Assembly: GCF_035084215.1 (NCBI RefSeq)
Contig: NC_090345.1
Location: 33,542,001 to 33,606,000 of the forward strand
Length of the DNA: 64,000 bases
Reading direction: 5' to 3'
Source of the DNA: Heptranchias perlo
Taxonomy: Eukaryota
Positions 50,690 through 64,000 of the stretch are shown here, in pieces. Made by a program: the position numbers and the translations under genes. Each line of letters starts with the position of its first letter. Within the stretch, counting starts at the first letter, position 1. The notes below the pieces were generated by a model. The model had not been told where the DNA came from and made no database searches. It saw only the letters and a list, made by a program, of their open reading frames with translations.

Positions 50690-51175
50690 GTGGGCAATGC
50701 CTTGGGCTTCTCAATATTGTCCTGGATTTGATGGGGGAAGAGAACTCCCAGCAGAAAGAAAGGCACAATGACTTAGATATGTCTGAAGGCACTTTCATTC
50801 ACCATCTAGACTTCAGCAATCACTGAGTTATGCTGTTTACTAGAGCCTGACCACCAAACTAGGTCTAAGGATCTAGAGACTACGGATAGTCTTGCCCACT
50901 GCAGTGAACTTTTATGCCATTTTTGTGGCTCATTTCAAACCACGACTGGTGACATTTGCCAGATCAGTCAATCTTTGGTCCATAGATGCATCAAACAGGT
51001 CCTGAAGCCTCCACAGAAAGGAGGCAACAACTCGAGAGGTTGTAGCACTTCTACCACGTGACTGGGTTCCCAAAAGTGCAGGGCCTCATTGATGACACAT
51101 AGGGTGCTTAACAACACCTCATGGCATGTATGAATCACAACGGATACCATTTCATCACAGTCCAAATGGTCTTGA
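50690..51175 (+). pseudogene. Degenerate Harbinger transposase remnant
   Basis: FYAIF..SFQTTTGDICQISQS..HRCIKQV and GFPKVQGLIDDTH. Confidence 0.6.
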
Positions 51176-53455
51176 AATCAACGGAAATAAAAATTTGGAT
51201 CTATTTCACACTTTCGCACAAAGTCATGATCCACCCCGTAGTGTCCTTAATAAAGGGAGTTATTATTAACTTGCTGTATAAACGTTAAAATAATAATATA
51301 ATAGATTTTTGAACATTATTGGTATTTAATTAAGGTTATAAATTAGCAGGCAATCATTTAACACAATTGTACAAGATTGCGCTGTCTGATATTTTAATCG
51401 AGGCTTTAACCTATTTATTTTAAAGTGTTAAAATTGCAGACAGAAGACTGTCAATATAAACTCATTAAGCAACATTTCACCAAGAGTAATTTCTAGCCTT
51501 ATTTATTTAGCCTGTTATTTATCACAAATCTTTTTAATTCTTATCATTTGATAGAAAATTGGATTAAAAAAATCTGTATCCTAAAACATATTATGATATT
51601 GTTATTCCAGCAGTGGGTACTTTGCTCACCATGATGGTCATTTAAGATTGCAACTGTTATTATTTGTCTGATTTCTATGGCTGTTGTTGAGGTGGTTGCT
51701 GTCATAGCAAATCTTTACAATTTTTTTTGACATGTTGAAGAATGTTTCTGGCATCAGTTTTTTTTAACTGAAATGAATCCTATTCAGTTCGTTGTGTGAC
51801 ATGGCTGCCTTTGAAGCTGATAGTGATTTGTTTGCATCAGGTGATAAAACACAGAATTTCAGAGAAATTATTACACTAGATCTACCCTATATCAGTATTA
51901 TGTGACGGGAAGTGCATTAATATGGTATAATGAGTTTTTTGGTGTGTTTGAAGCAAAAATAGGAGATGGAAAGCTGATTAAAACTTAAGCCTAGCTAACT
52001 GCTTTAATATGCTCATGGTCGTCCGGCCTAGCAAGACAGGCTGCAACATTCATTATAAGTGTCAGCAAATAGGTAGATTGAAACTTAAATTAATTATATA
52101 GCTTTATTAAATAGCTGATGAATTTTATCTTTTCACGCTCACCATCTAACCTATTGATAATGTAGAAAGTATCATCCTATAAATTAGAATAGCAACTTGT
52201 GATGCAAATGTGATGAATTAGTCTTTTTTTATAGAACCTTCTTTCTACCCATTCAACAAACATAGGCCATTAATGCTATTTCTCAGTGAATAAGATCAGA
52301 AAGATTCAGCATCCTAGCTACTAATGAGAAATAAACTCCATTTTAACAGATAATATGTTACATTTTGTAGATTATAGCTAGAATAAGGGTGAAAGCGGGT
52401 TACAGAAATGTATACCATGTCATCACTCAAGGACTACAAGTCCCAAAGCAATCAAGGACCTGAACATGTCTATACTTCATCCCTTGACCATCTGTTATTT
52501 TGTATAATAGGTACCATCTCCTTTGTTGCTTTTGTAAAAAAAAGTGAGCCAAAAATAGGATGTCAAGGTGAGCTGACTGGACAATCTGTATACCTGGCAA
52601 ATATCCCAATTTTCACAGCAATCTCCCAATTTATTGAACTACCTCCTGAAATCCTACATGCTTTAAAAAAAAGTACTCAATTTGGCAAGTTCTGGACTAT
52701 CTGCTTGGAGGAACTCAGCTGTTAGTGAAAGGTCAATCTAAATGGCCACTGAGAGAGCTTCTTAAATGCCTCAGAGATTCTCAGATTGCAGTGCAACATC
52801 ATATGTAACCAGTGATGTTTGTCATGCACTTAAAAGCAACATTGTGTGTATTGGCCAACTGATTGAGAATGAAGCATACACAGAAGCAAGAGAAAACAAG
52901 AAAGCAAAGAGGCAGAGAAGAAATATTTATCGAGACTGCAACAACATAGAGAAAGAAAACTATAGAGAGAATCAATGTAAAGTCAATAGAGACATTGTGA
53001 GAAAGGAGACTGAATAGATTGGAAAAAGAAAACAAATATTCAAAAAGAGAAAATGAAGACAGAGATTGCAAAATCAAATAGAAAAAGATCTAGAGAGAGA
53101 AAGAGAGAATTGAAAGGAAGAAATTTGAGAAGCAGTGCAAACAGGGAGTGCAAGAAAGGCTGCAAGGATAGTGTGAAGAGAGATATGTGTAGATAAATAA
53201 TTGAAAAGGACAACATTGTCAATCAAAGTAAGAAAGAGAAGCAAGAAGATATAAAATGCCATTTTCTTTACAAATTATATTTTAAAGATTTTTTTCTCAT
53301 CCTTCCTTCCTGTCTGACTTCTCCATGTCCTGCACATACACCTAGCAAGATTGTAAGCAGGTGACCCATTCCTAGCTCTCTTGTTACTTCATAGCTACCC
53401 ATTTGGACATGTTTATGAGCAATTCTGCAGGTGTCTCTCTTTTTTTATTTTTATT

Positions 53456-54073
53456 GGGGTTGATTTTAACCCTAATCGCCCGGCGGAAACTGGGCGGGTG
53501 GGTAGTTAAAAACGAGTAGCTTACTTATCTGCTCGGATCCCAACTGTTTCCCACCATTTGAAATGTTTACCTGCAGGGTTTTGCAGACAGATTAGGTGCC
53601 CACCTAAAACAGATGGGAGCCTCATAAATTTGTGCAATTTGGGGTCCTATTATGTCAATAGGACCCCGATGCAATTTCAATTGGGGCCTGATGGGTAAAC
53701 TGCCGTGGCATTCCAGCTAGGCAGAAGCAGGTCTGCAGCTGGTCTGAAGAGGCCCATCCGGTAAGTCTAAAATTCTCCTTTGTGGGGCCAGGAGGAGCAG
53801 GAGCACTCCTCGGGGCCCCACAAGGAAAGTGGCGGCCTCCCCTACCCCGAACTCGCCCCCTTCCCTCACACAAAACTCATCACGAAACCACCACTTAACT
53901 GGAAGTGGGCAGGTGGCTCTTCACCTGCCGACTGCCACTCTGCGTCCTACTCAGGCTGGAAGTGGACCGACAGCATTTAATTGAGGCCAGGCGGTTAAAA
54001 TCACCTTGGCCTTCTGCCGGGCCGAAAATCAACTCACTGGAGCAGAAACCGACTCCGCATTAAAATCCACCCC
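53456..54073. mobile_element. Harbinger-type MITE
   Basis: GGGGTTGATTTTAA...TTAAAATCCACCCC termini. Confidence 0.7.
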
Positions 54074-54898
54074 TTTGTCTCTGTGAGGAAGTGCCTATTG
54101 TCTTCTTGGCACCTGCTCATGATGGTACAGAAGAGATTAGTAACTCCCAGCATGTGGAACTACAGGTACAATTCTGTAACCTGGGGGTATTTATTTGTCC
54201 AAATAAGTTGGTGGAGTCACGAAGGTAAGAAGGTAATGAAGACCAGTAGGTGTCTGATGTCACAAATACAGGAGAGCAATGTATGATTAACATCGAAGTG
54301 CAAGATTAGAGAAACATTATCACATGTGCTGAGGTACTGTAATGCAGATTTCCATGACACTGTTCTTGGTAAAGCTGGCTGAATAAAATAGTGCCACAAA
54401 AACAAGATTTCTGTCTTTATTTTGTATCATTTAAAATTGTTAGGGCAATACTATTAAAAATAGTGTCAGCCAGCTGTGTCTTTTGGATGACTGTGTAAGA
54501 TTTCTTTTATTCTATGGTCAAATTAGTACGTACAGGTTCAATAGTTGCGGCTGGCTGCATTGCAATTATTCACATCACTTTATTCAATGTGACTGTCTGT
54601 CCTAAATGGATTTTCACTGTTGTTTCAATCCATTTCTAACTGGCAAAAATACAGATTTGCCTTGGATTGCTACTTTTGTAAATTCGTCTTGGTGATGACA
54701 GTCTGAAAATGTAATTTACTCTGGTGTCGGGAGTTAGAACTGGGTGAGCTGAAAAGATGTAAACACCACCGAGAAGACATATATTTCCTGAGCCATTAAT
54801 GCATTTATTGACTGTGATATGAGTCTGCTTGGGTCCTATTGGTTAAAGACAATTTTCAAAGAGATATGTATATCTATTTCACTGCTTGCAGACTTTTA

Positions 54899-55348
<450 letters not shown>

Positions 55349-57499
55349 TCAGTTCAACATTTTTATAGCATCCGTCAAACCAGTGAAATTCAATTTTTTT
55401 CCTTCATACTTGTAACAACTCACAGGTTATTTGACAAAATAGTAAAAAAAAGAAATAGTTTTATAAGGGCATTCCATGTGACAAATCTCATTTTCCACAT
55501 AGAAGGCCAGAGCTGCAGTATAGACCACCCTAATTGCTAATGCTAAATCCTTTCAAGATGTTATTTCTTATGACAAGGTTACAATGCAAAAGTCAACCTG
55601 TGCTTCCTTCACTTTATCATTGCTTTCTAGGCCTCCAGAGGACTGTCACACTCTGAGGTGACTGTGAAAGGCATTGTTTTTCACAGGAATGCAGCTGTAC
55701 AAAGTGTACAGTAGTTAGATTACTGCAGATCAAATGCAATATATTAAATAAAATGTATTATTTTAACCTAACTTTTAACTTAATTGTCTTATATCAACAT
55801 ATGCATTATTGTATCATGGATGAGAGATCATGAGAGAATAGTATGGTGGATACTGAATTCCCTGAATTAATTAAATGCAGATTATTTTTCAATGAACCTC
55901 CGTAAATGATATCCAAGTTATTAATACCTTGTGAATGGGGAAAGAGCGTGGAATTGGGATTAGAGTAGATTAGATTAGAGTTTGTTTTTCCTCACATTTC
56001 TGCAAAGCACTTTAGGCTTTTTTTTAAAGTCAAGGTGCCATATAAACACAAATTGCTGTTGTAGATACATCTTGTTGAAGACCCTGCGCTGGCCAAGTAA
56101 ACTATGAAGCAAGTGTTCACCTTTAATGCAGTCACACCATAATAAATATAATATATGCAGCCAAGGCAAAAAAACAAACAAATGTGTTCCTTGAAGCTTA
56201 TCCATCTATTTAAAATTAATCTAAATTGCTTATTGCAAACCAATATAGGTCTGTGTGAGCAGGGAGTGTGAAATAGATACCTTGCATTTTATATAATGCC
56301 TTCCACTTCCTCTGTTCCAAAGCATTTCAGAACCAATGTACTACTTTTTATAAAGGATGGGCCAAATGGATTCCTTCTGCAATATAAATTCTATGATACG
56401 TGATTCTCAGATCCTTTTATTAGTATCACAAACTAGAATGACTTAGAGTACACTAACAGCCAGAGTGATTATGGACAACTCCAGAGGGAAAAAATAAGAA
56501 TTGAATAAAATTCCCATGTGCAATTTATAAAGTATATATTGTTAAAAAAGAACAAATAACATGGTGTTCATGGCTTTAATTTAATGATGGTTATAAATTA
56601 CCTGGTCTTTGTTTTCATAATCTATGGCCCCAATTTTAGCCCAACTTGTCTGGCAGGAACAGTTAAAATTGTGACAATCATGAAAATTGTGAAAATTGTG
56701 TTTTTGCCGGTAACCCACCGACCGCCATTTTTACCATGGAGCTGACTCAGCTCGCAAAGAGGCATGTGCCTCATGAATAAATTAAAATAGGGGTCCAATA
56801 ACATCATTTTGACCCCAACATGATTTTAACTGGGCAGGTCAGAAGTCCCATCCAGCAGCAAACCCGTTAAGTAAATGCTGAATTTCAAGGGGCAGTCACC
56901 TGCAGCTCATTAGGATCTGTGTGCCATTGTGTGCATTTCCAAGGCCGTTCTGAGCTTCCAATTTGCTTCTTTCTGATTTTCCTCCTTTACCTACCCTCAT
57001 TAAGCACCCATTGCTTATCATGGGTGCTGTTTTTACTTCACTCTTTTGGATGGATGAACAGTTGGAGGAAGAGGAGCAGCAGAAGCCTCAACAATCAGGA
57101 CAAGCAGAGGCGGGCCTGTTAGAAGACAGCAGGTGAGAGGAGCTGCTCGGAGAAGGCCTTACCCAGCCCACTGGGTCAATAGGCCAAGAGTTAGTCTCTT
57201 GGATATTTCTGAGGAGTAGCGCGTGAGGAGGCTGCGATTCAGCAGGCTGGCTGTTGCCGACCTCTGCAGCCTGACACAGCAGGACCCGCTGCCTGCTGGA
57301 TCAGGGAGCTGTGACAGTGGCTGTCAAAGTTACCACCGCCCTTAAGATTTTCACCACAGGCTCCTTCCAGGTTGCTACAGGGGACATCACTTGTATCTCC
57401 CAGACTGCAGTGCAAAGGTGCATTAAGCAGGTCACCAATGCCCTCCTTCCCAGAGTAAACCATTACATTATCTTTGCAATGGATGCCAACAGCTAGAAT

Positions 57500-57611
57500 T
57501 GTAAACAATTTTACAACACCAAGTTATAGTCCAACAAATTTATTTTAAATTCCACAAGCTTTCGGAGGCTTCCTCCTTCCTCAGGTGAATGGTGTGGAAA
57601 TGAAATTTTCG
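57500..57611 (-). mobile_element. Penelope-like terminal-repeat insert in the element-3 transposase
   Basis: Same family as 25747-25965. 12-bp TSD AACAGCTAGAAT at 57488-57499 and 57612-57623. Confidence 0.85.
57551..57589 (-). ncRNA. Minimal type I hammerhead ribozyme, intact, on the DNTT sense strand
   Basis: Reverse complement UUCAC CUGAGGA A GGAGG AAG CCUCC GAAAGCUU GUGGA, identical to 25839-25877. Confidence 0.75.
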
Positions 57612-59257
57612 AACAGCTAGAATAAGAGAGCTCTGGGATTTGCAGCAATGGCTGGCTTCCCTTTGTGTCCAGGGCAAAATGGACTAATGAGAGTAGCTTT
57701 TAAGGCACCAGAAGATGAGCCAGCAGCCTATGTGAACAGGAAAGATTTCCACTCCATCAACTGGCGAGTGATCACTGCCAACGGATAATGCAAGTCCGCG
57801 TCAGTCTCGCTGGCAGCTGCCACGATGCCTTTATTCTGCAATGCTCACCCATCCGCCCACTTTTCTATCCTTTCAGGAACATCAAAGGTTGGATGTATCT
57901 CTTCTCGTTGGTGTTTACATCTTTGAGACCAGTTATCAAACCTCTATATCAATGACATTCTGACAATGTAGACAAAGAAGCTGCAATGAAAACAGACTAT
58001 AGACCAAAGTGCAAATGTGATAAAGGTGATGATTTGAATTCCAAACACAAAACTGTGTAGAATTCTTCTGTCACCAAGTGATTAACCCATAGTGTTTTTC
58101 ATGAAAGAAAGTTTACTAACTTCATTACTCCTACGAGGAGCTCCCCCAGTGGACTCAGCAGGGCTGGTGGATGATTGCTGCTGCTTATGTGGAGACCCTT
58201 GAGTTGATCGTGGCTGGCCACTTCTGGGTACTCGAACCTTGAGGGGCCCGGCTGCAGACTGCAGAATTTCGGCTGCTGCCATGGCAGTCTAGCCCAGCTG
58301 GCTGTCTGGCACCATGATTCGGGGGGAGGGGGGTTGGGGAGGGGGGCTGGGGAGGGGGGCAGGGAGCAGACATGCTGACATCCTGAGAGGGGGCAAAATT
58401 TGCCGCTCCCACTGCGCCACTGCGGCTCATCACTTCCACTGATCTTGGGGAGAAGAATCAGAATCATAGAATGGTTACAGCACAGAAGGAGGCCATTCGG
58501 CCCGTCGAGCCCATACCAGCAGGAGACTGCAGAAGGTGAGTGACACTTTGAAAGTCCCTATCCATTTGCTTCACCTGTCTCTCCAAGGTCAATGTCTGTC
58601 TCTGCAAGGCGGAGAGCTGCTTTTCCAAGGCAGAGCATAAGCGTGAGCCCAGAGCCTGCATGGCAGTCGTTTGAGCTTCCATCAAAGCTGTAACGGCGGT
58701 GAACATTCACTCCTGTTGTGAGGGCCCAGCTGCAGCGTCCCGAGAGGTGGCCACACTCTCCAAGGTAGATTGCAGAGCACTGATGCCATGCGAGATGACA
58801 CAACACAGGCTGGAAGTGGATTCCTCCATACTTTCAGCCATGGTGCTGAACCTCCTTGGCAGGCCTTCCAATACCTGATATAGCTGCTTGTGTGAAACAA
58901 ATAGTTTTCTTCTGATTGCTGGGCCCCTGTAGTCCAGACCTCTGTCCTCCTCAGCAGAGCTGGGAGACAACCTTGCCCTCTGGTGCTTGGGAGTTGTACA
59001 GGGCATGACAGGACTGGATGGCAGCAGGGGCGGGGGGGGGTCAATAGACGTGTGGGTAACCCGAATAATAAAAACTTACCGTTCCCCACGCAATCGTGAC
59101 TTAATTGGTGGCCATTAATCTTGTTTCCGGGTTTGCCGCCGAAAGCTGTGCAGTGGGCGGACTGCACACTCGCATGACAGGCTGTCAGCTGCAGCGTCTA
59201 GATTTAAAGGGCCATTGCTCCGATAGATTTTGCTGGAGCAAAGGGCAAGAAGACACA

Positions 59258-59496
59258 ATGGAGCAGCACAGGGGCAAGGCTGCTCCAAGATTCAGCGATG
59301 CCTCGCTTGAGCTGCTGCTGACCGGGGTGAGGAGGAGGAGGGAACTATTTTACCCGGCCGACAGGAGGAAGTGCCCGGCCTCTGCCACTATGAAAGCTTG
59401 GCTCGAGGTGGCAGAAGAGGTCACCAGCAGGAGCAACATATCCCGCACTTGGGTCAGTGCAGGAAGCGTTTCAATGATCTAACTAGGTCAGCAAAA
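59258..59496 (+). pseudogene. Harbinger Myb/SANT-like gene, exon 1 (1-nt frameshift); exon 2 starts near 59834
   Basis: MEQHRGKAAPRFSDASLELLLTGVRRRRELFYP...AWLEVAEEV..QCRKRFNDLTRSAK|gtgagt, then ccccttctag|..RAQNARERARTGGG. Confidence 0.82.
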
Positions 59497-59889
59497 GTGA
59501 GTACACTTACTGATTCTCCTGCATTCCGTGTCGCACATCACCCCCCCACCCCTCACATCATTCTGCACTGCCAAGACTACTCCATCACATCACTCCTCAC
59601 ACCCGCTTAAGGCTCATCCTCAACTTACCTTCACTTCCTGAGCACTTCCTCACCTCCCCATTTGTGACCCCACCACTACCACTCACCCCAATCCTGATCC
59701 AATGTGATGTCTCTGTCTCATACTCACCCTCTGATGCACCTCTTTCACGGTCAGCCTCACCCAAAACAATGCATTCATCAGCTGACCACTTCACCCTCAC
59801 TCACTCACACGTCAGTACTTTCTCCCCTTCTAGAAGAGAGCGCAAAATGCACGTGAGAGGGCGAGGACTGGAGGAGGGCCACAACAAAT

Positions 59890-61065
59890 AGACTCCCTGG
59901 CCTCACGAGCAGCCGGGTGAGCTGCTGTTCTCCCGATTATGTTTGTCCTCCTCTTCCTCCTCGTGCTGCTGCTTCTCTTCAATGTTCCTTGCAGATGCGG
60001 ATGCTGGATGAAGGCAACTGGTACCCCTCTCAGTTGCGCCATGTTGTGCAGGGCATAATGCACTACTAAAATGCGTCCGACTCTTGCTGGTACTGAAGCG
60101 CTCCCCTAGAACAATCAAGGCACCAAAATCGCATCTTCAGCAGCACTATCGCATGTTCAATGACCGACCTGGTGGCGATGTGGCTGTCACTGTATCGACA
60201 CTGTTACTCGCTGATGGGGTTCCTCACAGATGTCATTAGCCACATGTGCAAAGGGTGTCCCTTGTCCCTGAGGAGCCAGCCCTTAAGACTGTTTGGTGCG
60301 TAGAAGAGGGCCAGGATGTTGGATTCCCTCAGAATGAATGAATCATGGCAGCTGCCAGGGAATCTGACACACGTGAAGAAATCTCTTGCGGTGGTCACAA
60401 ATGAGCTGAGCGTTGATGGAGTGAAAACCCATTCTGTTGATAAACAGTCCTGGCTCGTGTGGAGGCGCTTGGATTGCTATATGCGTGCAATTGATTGCAC
60501 CCTATACACATGGGAAGCCAGCCACAGAGTGGAATCCCACTGCCCTCTCCATCTGGCTGAGGTCGTCCATGGGGAAGTTGACGTATTGCGAAGCCCTGCG
60601 AAACAAACCGTCGGTGACCTGCCTTACGCACTTGTGGGCAGACGGCTGAGAGACCCCGGCGATGTCACCAGTGGCACCCAGGAAAGATCAGGAGGTGAAG
60701 AAGTTGAGGGCAGTGGTGACTTTAACTGCGATGGGTAATGAGATGCCGCCAGGCCCAGCCGAGAGCAGCTCAGCATGAAGGAAGCTGCAGATGTCCGCAA
60801 CTACCTGGCGACTCACTCTCAGCCTCCATATGCACTGCTCCTCAGAGAGGTCCAGGAAGCTCAGCCTCAGTCTGTAGACCCTCTGATGAGGGTAGTGCCT
60901 CCTGCGACGTCGCTCCCTCTGTTGTTCCCCTCTGTGCTCTTGTGCAGGTGCCTATGGTGCAGCACTGTGTTGTGGAGCTACAAGTGGCAGAAGTGCACGC
61001 CTGGCAAGGATGGTGATGTTCCTCGTCCTCGGATGTACTGGTGAATGCAGCCTCGCACCCCCCAT
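59890..61065 (-). pseudogene. Harbinger DDE transposase, disrupted
   Basis: VRFPGSCHDSFILRES, GWLLRDKGHP, GAINCTHIAI and RSVIEHAIVLLKMRF across frames. Confidence 0.85.
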
Positions 61066-63166
61066 CCTGATGGTGTCAGTTTGAGGGGGGCCGAAAAGTT
61101 GGTAAATGTGTGTAAACACAACAATTCTGAGTGGAAACCAAGAATTTTCAGTCTAAACACAAAGATCTCCCAGCCAAAAGTTTGTTTGAGAGAACTGAGT
61201 GCCCTGCTGCAGTAACTCACCTTTTATCCCCATCTGTCAAACAGGCATTGAAATATCCAAATGACTGCCAGCTGAAACCCGACTTGTTTCCCATGGAGTG
61301 TTTCACACAGCACAGGAAACAAGTTGCGAGTGTTGCAACCGCTTGCCTTCATAGTTAATTGCATTTATGGCTTTTTTAAAGACTTTAAATAGGTGAATTG
61401 TTGCTTTAAATATCATCCCGCAGGCACTTCCAGGTTCGGGAATGGCGCGCGTGCCCAGATGGCTCTGGGTCATGCGCGTTCTTAGGCGTGTTGGAGCCGG
61501 GATTTCTGCCAGCTCCTCAAAAATGTGATTTTCTTTGCCGCCACCATGCCCCCCCACCCCACCCCCAACGCACCCGCACTTTTGTTTTAAAATCGTGTCC
61601 ACGGTGTGTGACTGTGCCTCCTTCTTCTGCGGGCTAAAGCTGCTGAGAAGGACCTAAAGGAAAGAGAAAAGTGACAAGAGCTGGCATGGCACTGAGAGGC
61701 TGGACAGTAGCAGATAACAGGCATCACAATGCAGCTTGATGTAGTCAAGCTGCCTGAGTGTGCATTTTTCAGAAGCTCATGAAGATAATAGTCGGAGATC
61801 CTGTTGAAAAAACCCCCCGCCTCTATATGTACCATTCTGACAGCTCTCGAGAGGCCACTGATTTTCCAGCCCGTGCTGCTCCAGCTCAGAAAGGTTCATG
61901 CTGATCCACCCCCAGTCTTACTCTTCTCCCTTGTGTTGCATGCTGCCTCGTCCTGCAGACAGAAAGTGAGGGTGAGAGTCAGTGATTATCTCCTGAAAAA
62001 GAGAGTGCACATGTGTGGAGCCTCTGCTTGTTGTGCAGATGTTGAGAGGGAGAAAAAGAAAAATGGAATGAGGATGGGGAGGTGTTGAATGGAAAGCAGG
62101 TGTGTGGATTGTGAAGTGTGGAAAGAGCCTTGAGAGAAGTTGGTGATTCTGCAAAGGAATATGAGGAGAGAATGCTGTGAGTGGCTGCAGAAAGGGAGCA
62201 AGGAAGAGGTGAGTGTGTGTTTGTAATGAGAATGAGAGGTAGTATAGTGTGCCCTTGAGCTGGTGGTGAAGGATCTGATGGAAGGGAGAGAATTGTTGGA
62301 AGTGCTTTGGTAGAGGGGAAAGGTCTATTGCCATGTGTTATTGACAGTTATGCAGAAATGAAGAGCTGTACTCACCCTTGCTACTCTTGGGAGGTCATTA
62401 AAGGGTTTCCTGCAGTGCATCCAGGTCCTGGAAGCGATGCTCCTGCAGTTGGGAATCTCTGCAATGTCTCTCTATGCCTGATGATCTTGGAATTTTGTGA
62501 TACTCTTTCCATTGGCTGGAAAGAGAACATCCTTCTTCACCCTAACTTCTTCCAGCAGGACCTCCAGGGAGGCTTCAGAAAACCTGTGCCTGCGACTCAT
62601 CGTGAAACTATTTATTCCAGCAACACTCTACAGCGAAATCAGGCAAAAGGCATTGTCGTATTATATAGGCCTTTGGCTGTCCCGCCAAAAATTGTGCTCC
62701 AGATGTGAGTGGGTTTTCCTGTGTGTCAATGAATTGGGTGGGAAACCCGCCCATGCAATTCTAATGAGGCCCGGGAGTTAAAATACCCAAGGCTTTTTTC
62801 TGAGCCAGCAAGTGAGTTTTGAACTCACCCCGATACCCACCAACCCAAAACCAGCCCAGAGTTAAAATACAGGGCCTATGTTATCATCAGTCCTTCCCCT
62901 TTGCCGACTAGGTTCCAGTCTTGAAACTCAGAATCAATTATCTTTTATTCTTCACATAATTGCTCTCATAAGGCCATTCTAACTAGAATCTAGTGAACAC
63001 ATTTTCCAGACCAGGTATTTCTCTTTGGTTGATCTTTGGCTGATTTTTAACTTGTTGCCTTTTCATAAATTGTTGCCATTTAAACAAACTAAATGATGTA
63101 CAGACAATAATATGAATTCTGTTGTTTATTCCTAAGGCACGATAACTTCACACAGGTGATATCTAC

Positions 63167-63269
63167 CTGTCTGTCCAGTTTACTGATTGCTTTATGCAGA
63201 AGACCCTCTTCCTTTCCTTCCTCCAGGCAAGTTATCAAAAAGTCCACATCATGGCCAATCTCTTTACCT
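63167..63269 (-). CDS. DNTT: DNTT internal exon (equivalent to human exon 8) with the catalytic HDVD motif
   Basis: Minus strand reads tttttgtgtttacag|A GGT AAA GAG ATT GGC CAT GAT GTG GAC...AGA CAG|gtagat = (R)GKEIGHDVDFLITCLEEGKEEGLLHKAISKLDRQ. This is the Pol X GHDVDFLIT motif with two catalytic Asp. 103 nt, phase 2 to phase 0, joins the next exon in frame. Confidence 0.95.
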
Positions 63270-63791
63270 CTGTAAACACAAAAAGACCAAAGCTAGGATC
63301 TGTGAGTAATTTAGTTATATCATTTTAACATAAACACTCTTAGATTATGAATGCATAATAAAATAGTCTTAAATAATCATGGATAATAATTCTGGTCCCT
63401 CTCACACTGAACTTCCTATTCAGAAGGCTGAAATTCAATTCCTTTCTGAAATGATACTCAAATTTTAGAACTATTCATGAGCGGGTCATTAGGTGGGAAG
63501 CCTTATGGTAGTGAAACCCAGGGAGGGAGGAGAAGAATTAATTGTCATAAAGACCTATCCCACCCCACTAAGGCTCCCTATATTGGCTAACACAGATCAG
63601 CATTAACAGCAACTATGAGTTTGAGGTGTAACCATTTCCTCCTCTTGGCTTTAGGACTCTATGGAGGACATAAAAAGAGGAGTAATTATGTACCACGGTG
63701 TCACTATCTGAAGCCATGTTTCTTATTGCATAAATAATAAACGGAGCACCATTAAGTTCACAACTTAGAAGAATAAACCAAGAGATACACT

Positions 63792-64000
63792 GGGCTAGAA
63801 ATTGGGCTGTGTAGCGCCCATTGTTTTGGTGCTACGCGGCCTCCCAAGCATCCAAGATGGTGTCTTGGCTGCGCACCCATGTTTCCAGCATCACGTGCGC
63901 CGGGCGCCATCTTGGTATAGGTATTAGTGCAAGCGCAAATACCGAATGTTGGAAGCATGTAAAGTAAGGAGAAAATGGATACAATCAGTGTGCAACGCTG
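63792..64000 (+). mobile_element. Left end of a Harbinger-type MITE (runs off the window)
   Basis: GGGCTAGAAATTGG terminus like the 36679 end, with a CpG-rich, partly palindromic interior. Confidence 0.5.

Larger units (their letters stand above)
59027..61600 (-). mobile_element. PIF/Harbinger element 2, nested in element 3 and related to element 1
   Basis: Right terminus TTAAAATCGTGTCC(61600). The left subterminal gggggggtcaatagacgtgtgggtaacccg matches the reverse complement of 8565-8600. The left TIR is missing and there is an internal deletion near 59890. Confidence 0.8.
56626..62876 (+). mobile_element. PIF/Harbinger element 3 (older): transposase on + at ~57150-57900, Myb gene on - at ~58100-59020 and ~61600-62600
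   Basis: TIRs GGCCCCAATTTTAGC and GTTAAAATACAGGGCC with perfect TSD TAT (56623-56625, 62877-62879). VKVTTALKIFTTGSFQVATGDITCISQ. RTWMHCRKPFNDL..|gtgagt near 62370. Confidence 0.8.

Noticed and set aside
44860-53262. Long F/L/S-rich or K/E/R-rich ORFs (44860-45402, 52766-53262)
   Set aside because: Artefacts of purine-rich low-complexity sequence.

Overview
Repeat-rich vertebrate genomic DNA, most likely a cartilaginous fish (shark-type CR1 tails, DeuSINE/SacSINE1-like and LF-SINE-like elements, Penelope terminal repeats). The species cannot be fixed from sequence alone. The one host gene I can firmly identify is DNTT (terminal deoxynucleotidyl transferase) on the minus strand, with three internal exons at 63167-63269, 54926-55216 and 41694-41777. 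I could not find its terminal exon, so positions 1-41693 may all be last intron. The rest is nested transposons: three two-gene PIF/Harbinger elements plus many MITEs, one full-length CR1 with both ORFs intact, many CR1/L2 fragments, ancient SINEs, and Penelope-type inserts carrying minimal hammerhead ribozymes. The most interesting signals are: (1) a ~600-bp hAT-like element whose interior is a CpG-island promoter plus an EAPP-like first coding exon with intact ATG and splice donor, a possible gene-capture ('Pack') element with a candidate in-frame second exon 5.6 kb downstream; (2) tandem -1 slippery heptamers exactly at the CR1 ORF1/ORF2 junction; (3) palindromic hammerhead-ribozyme cassettes inside the DNTT transcription unit. 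All homology calls rest on recalled motifs, not database searches. Boundaries of degenerate repeats are approximate.
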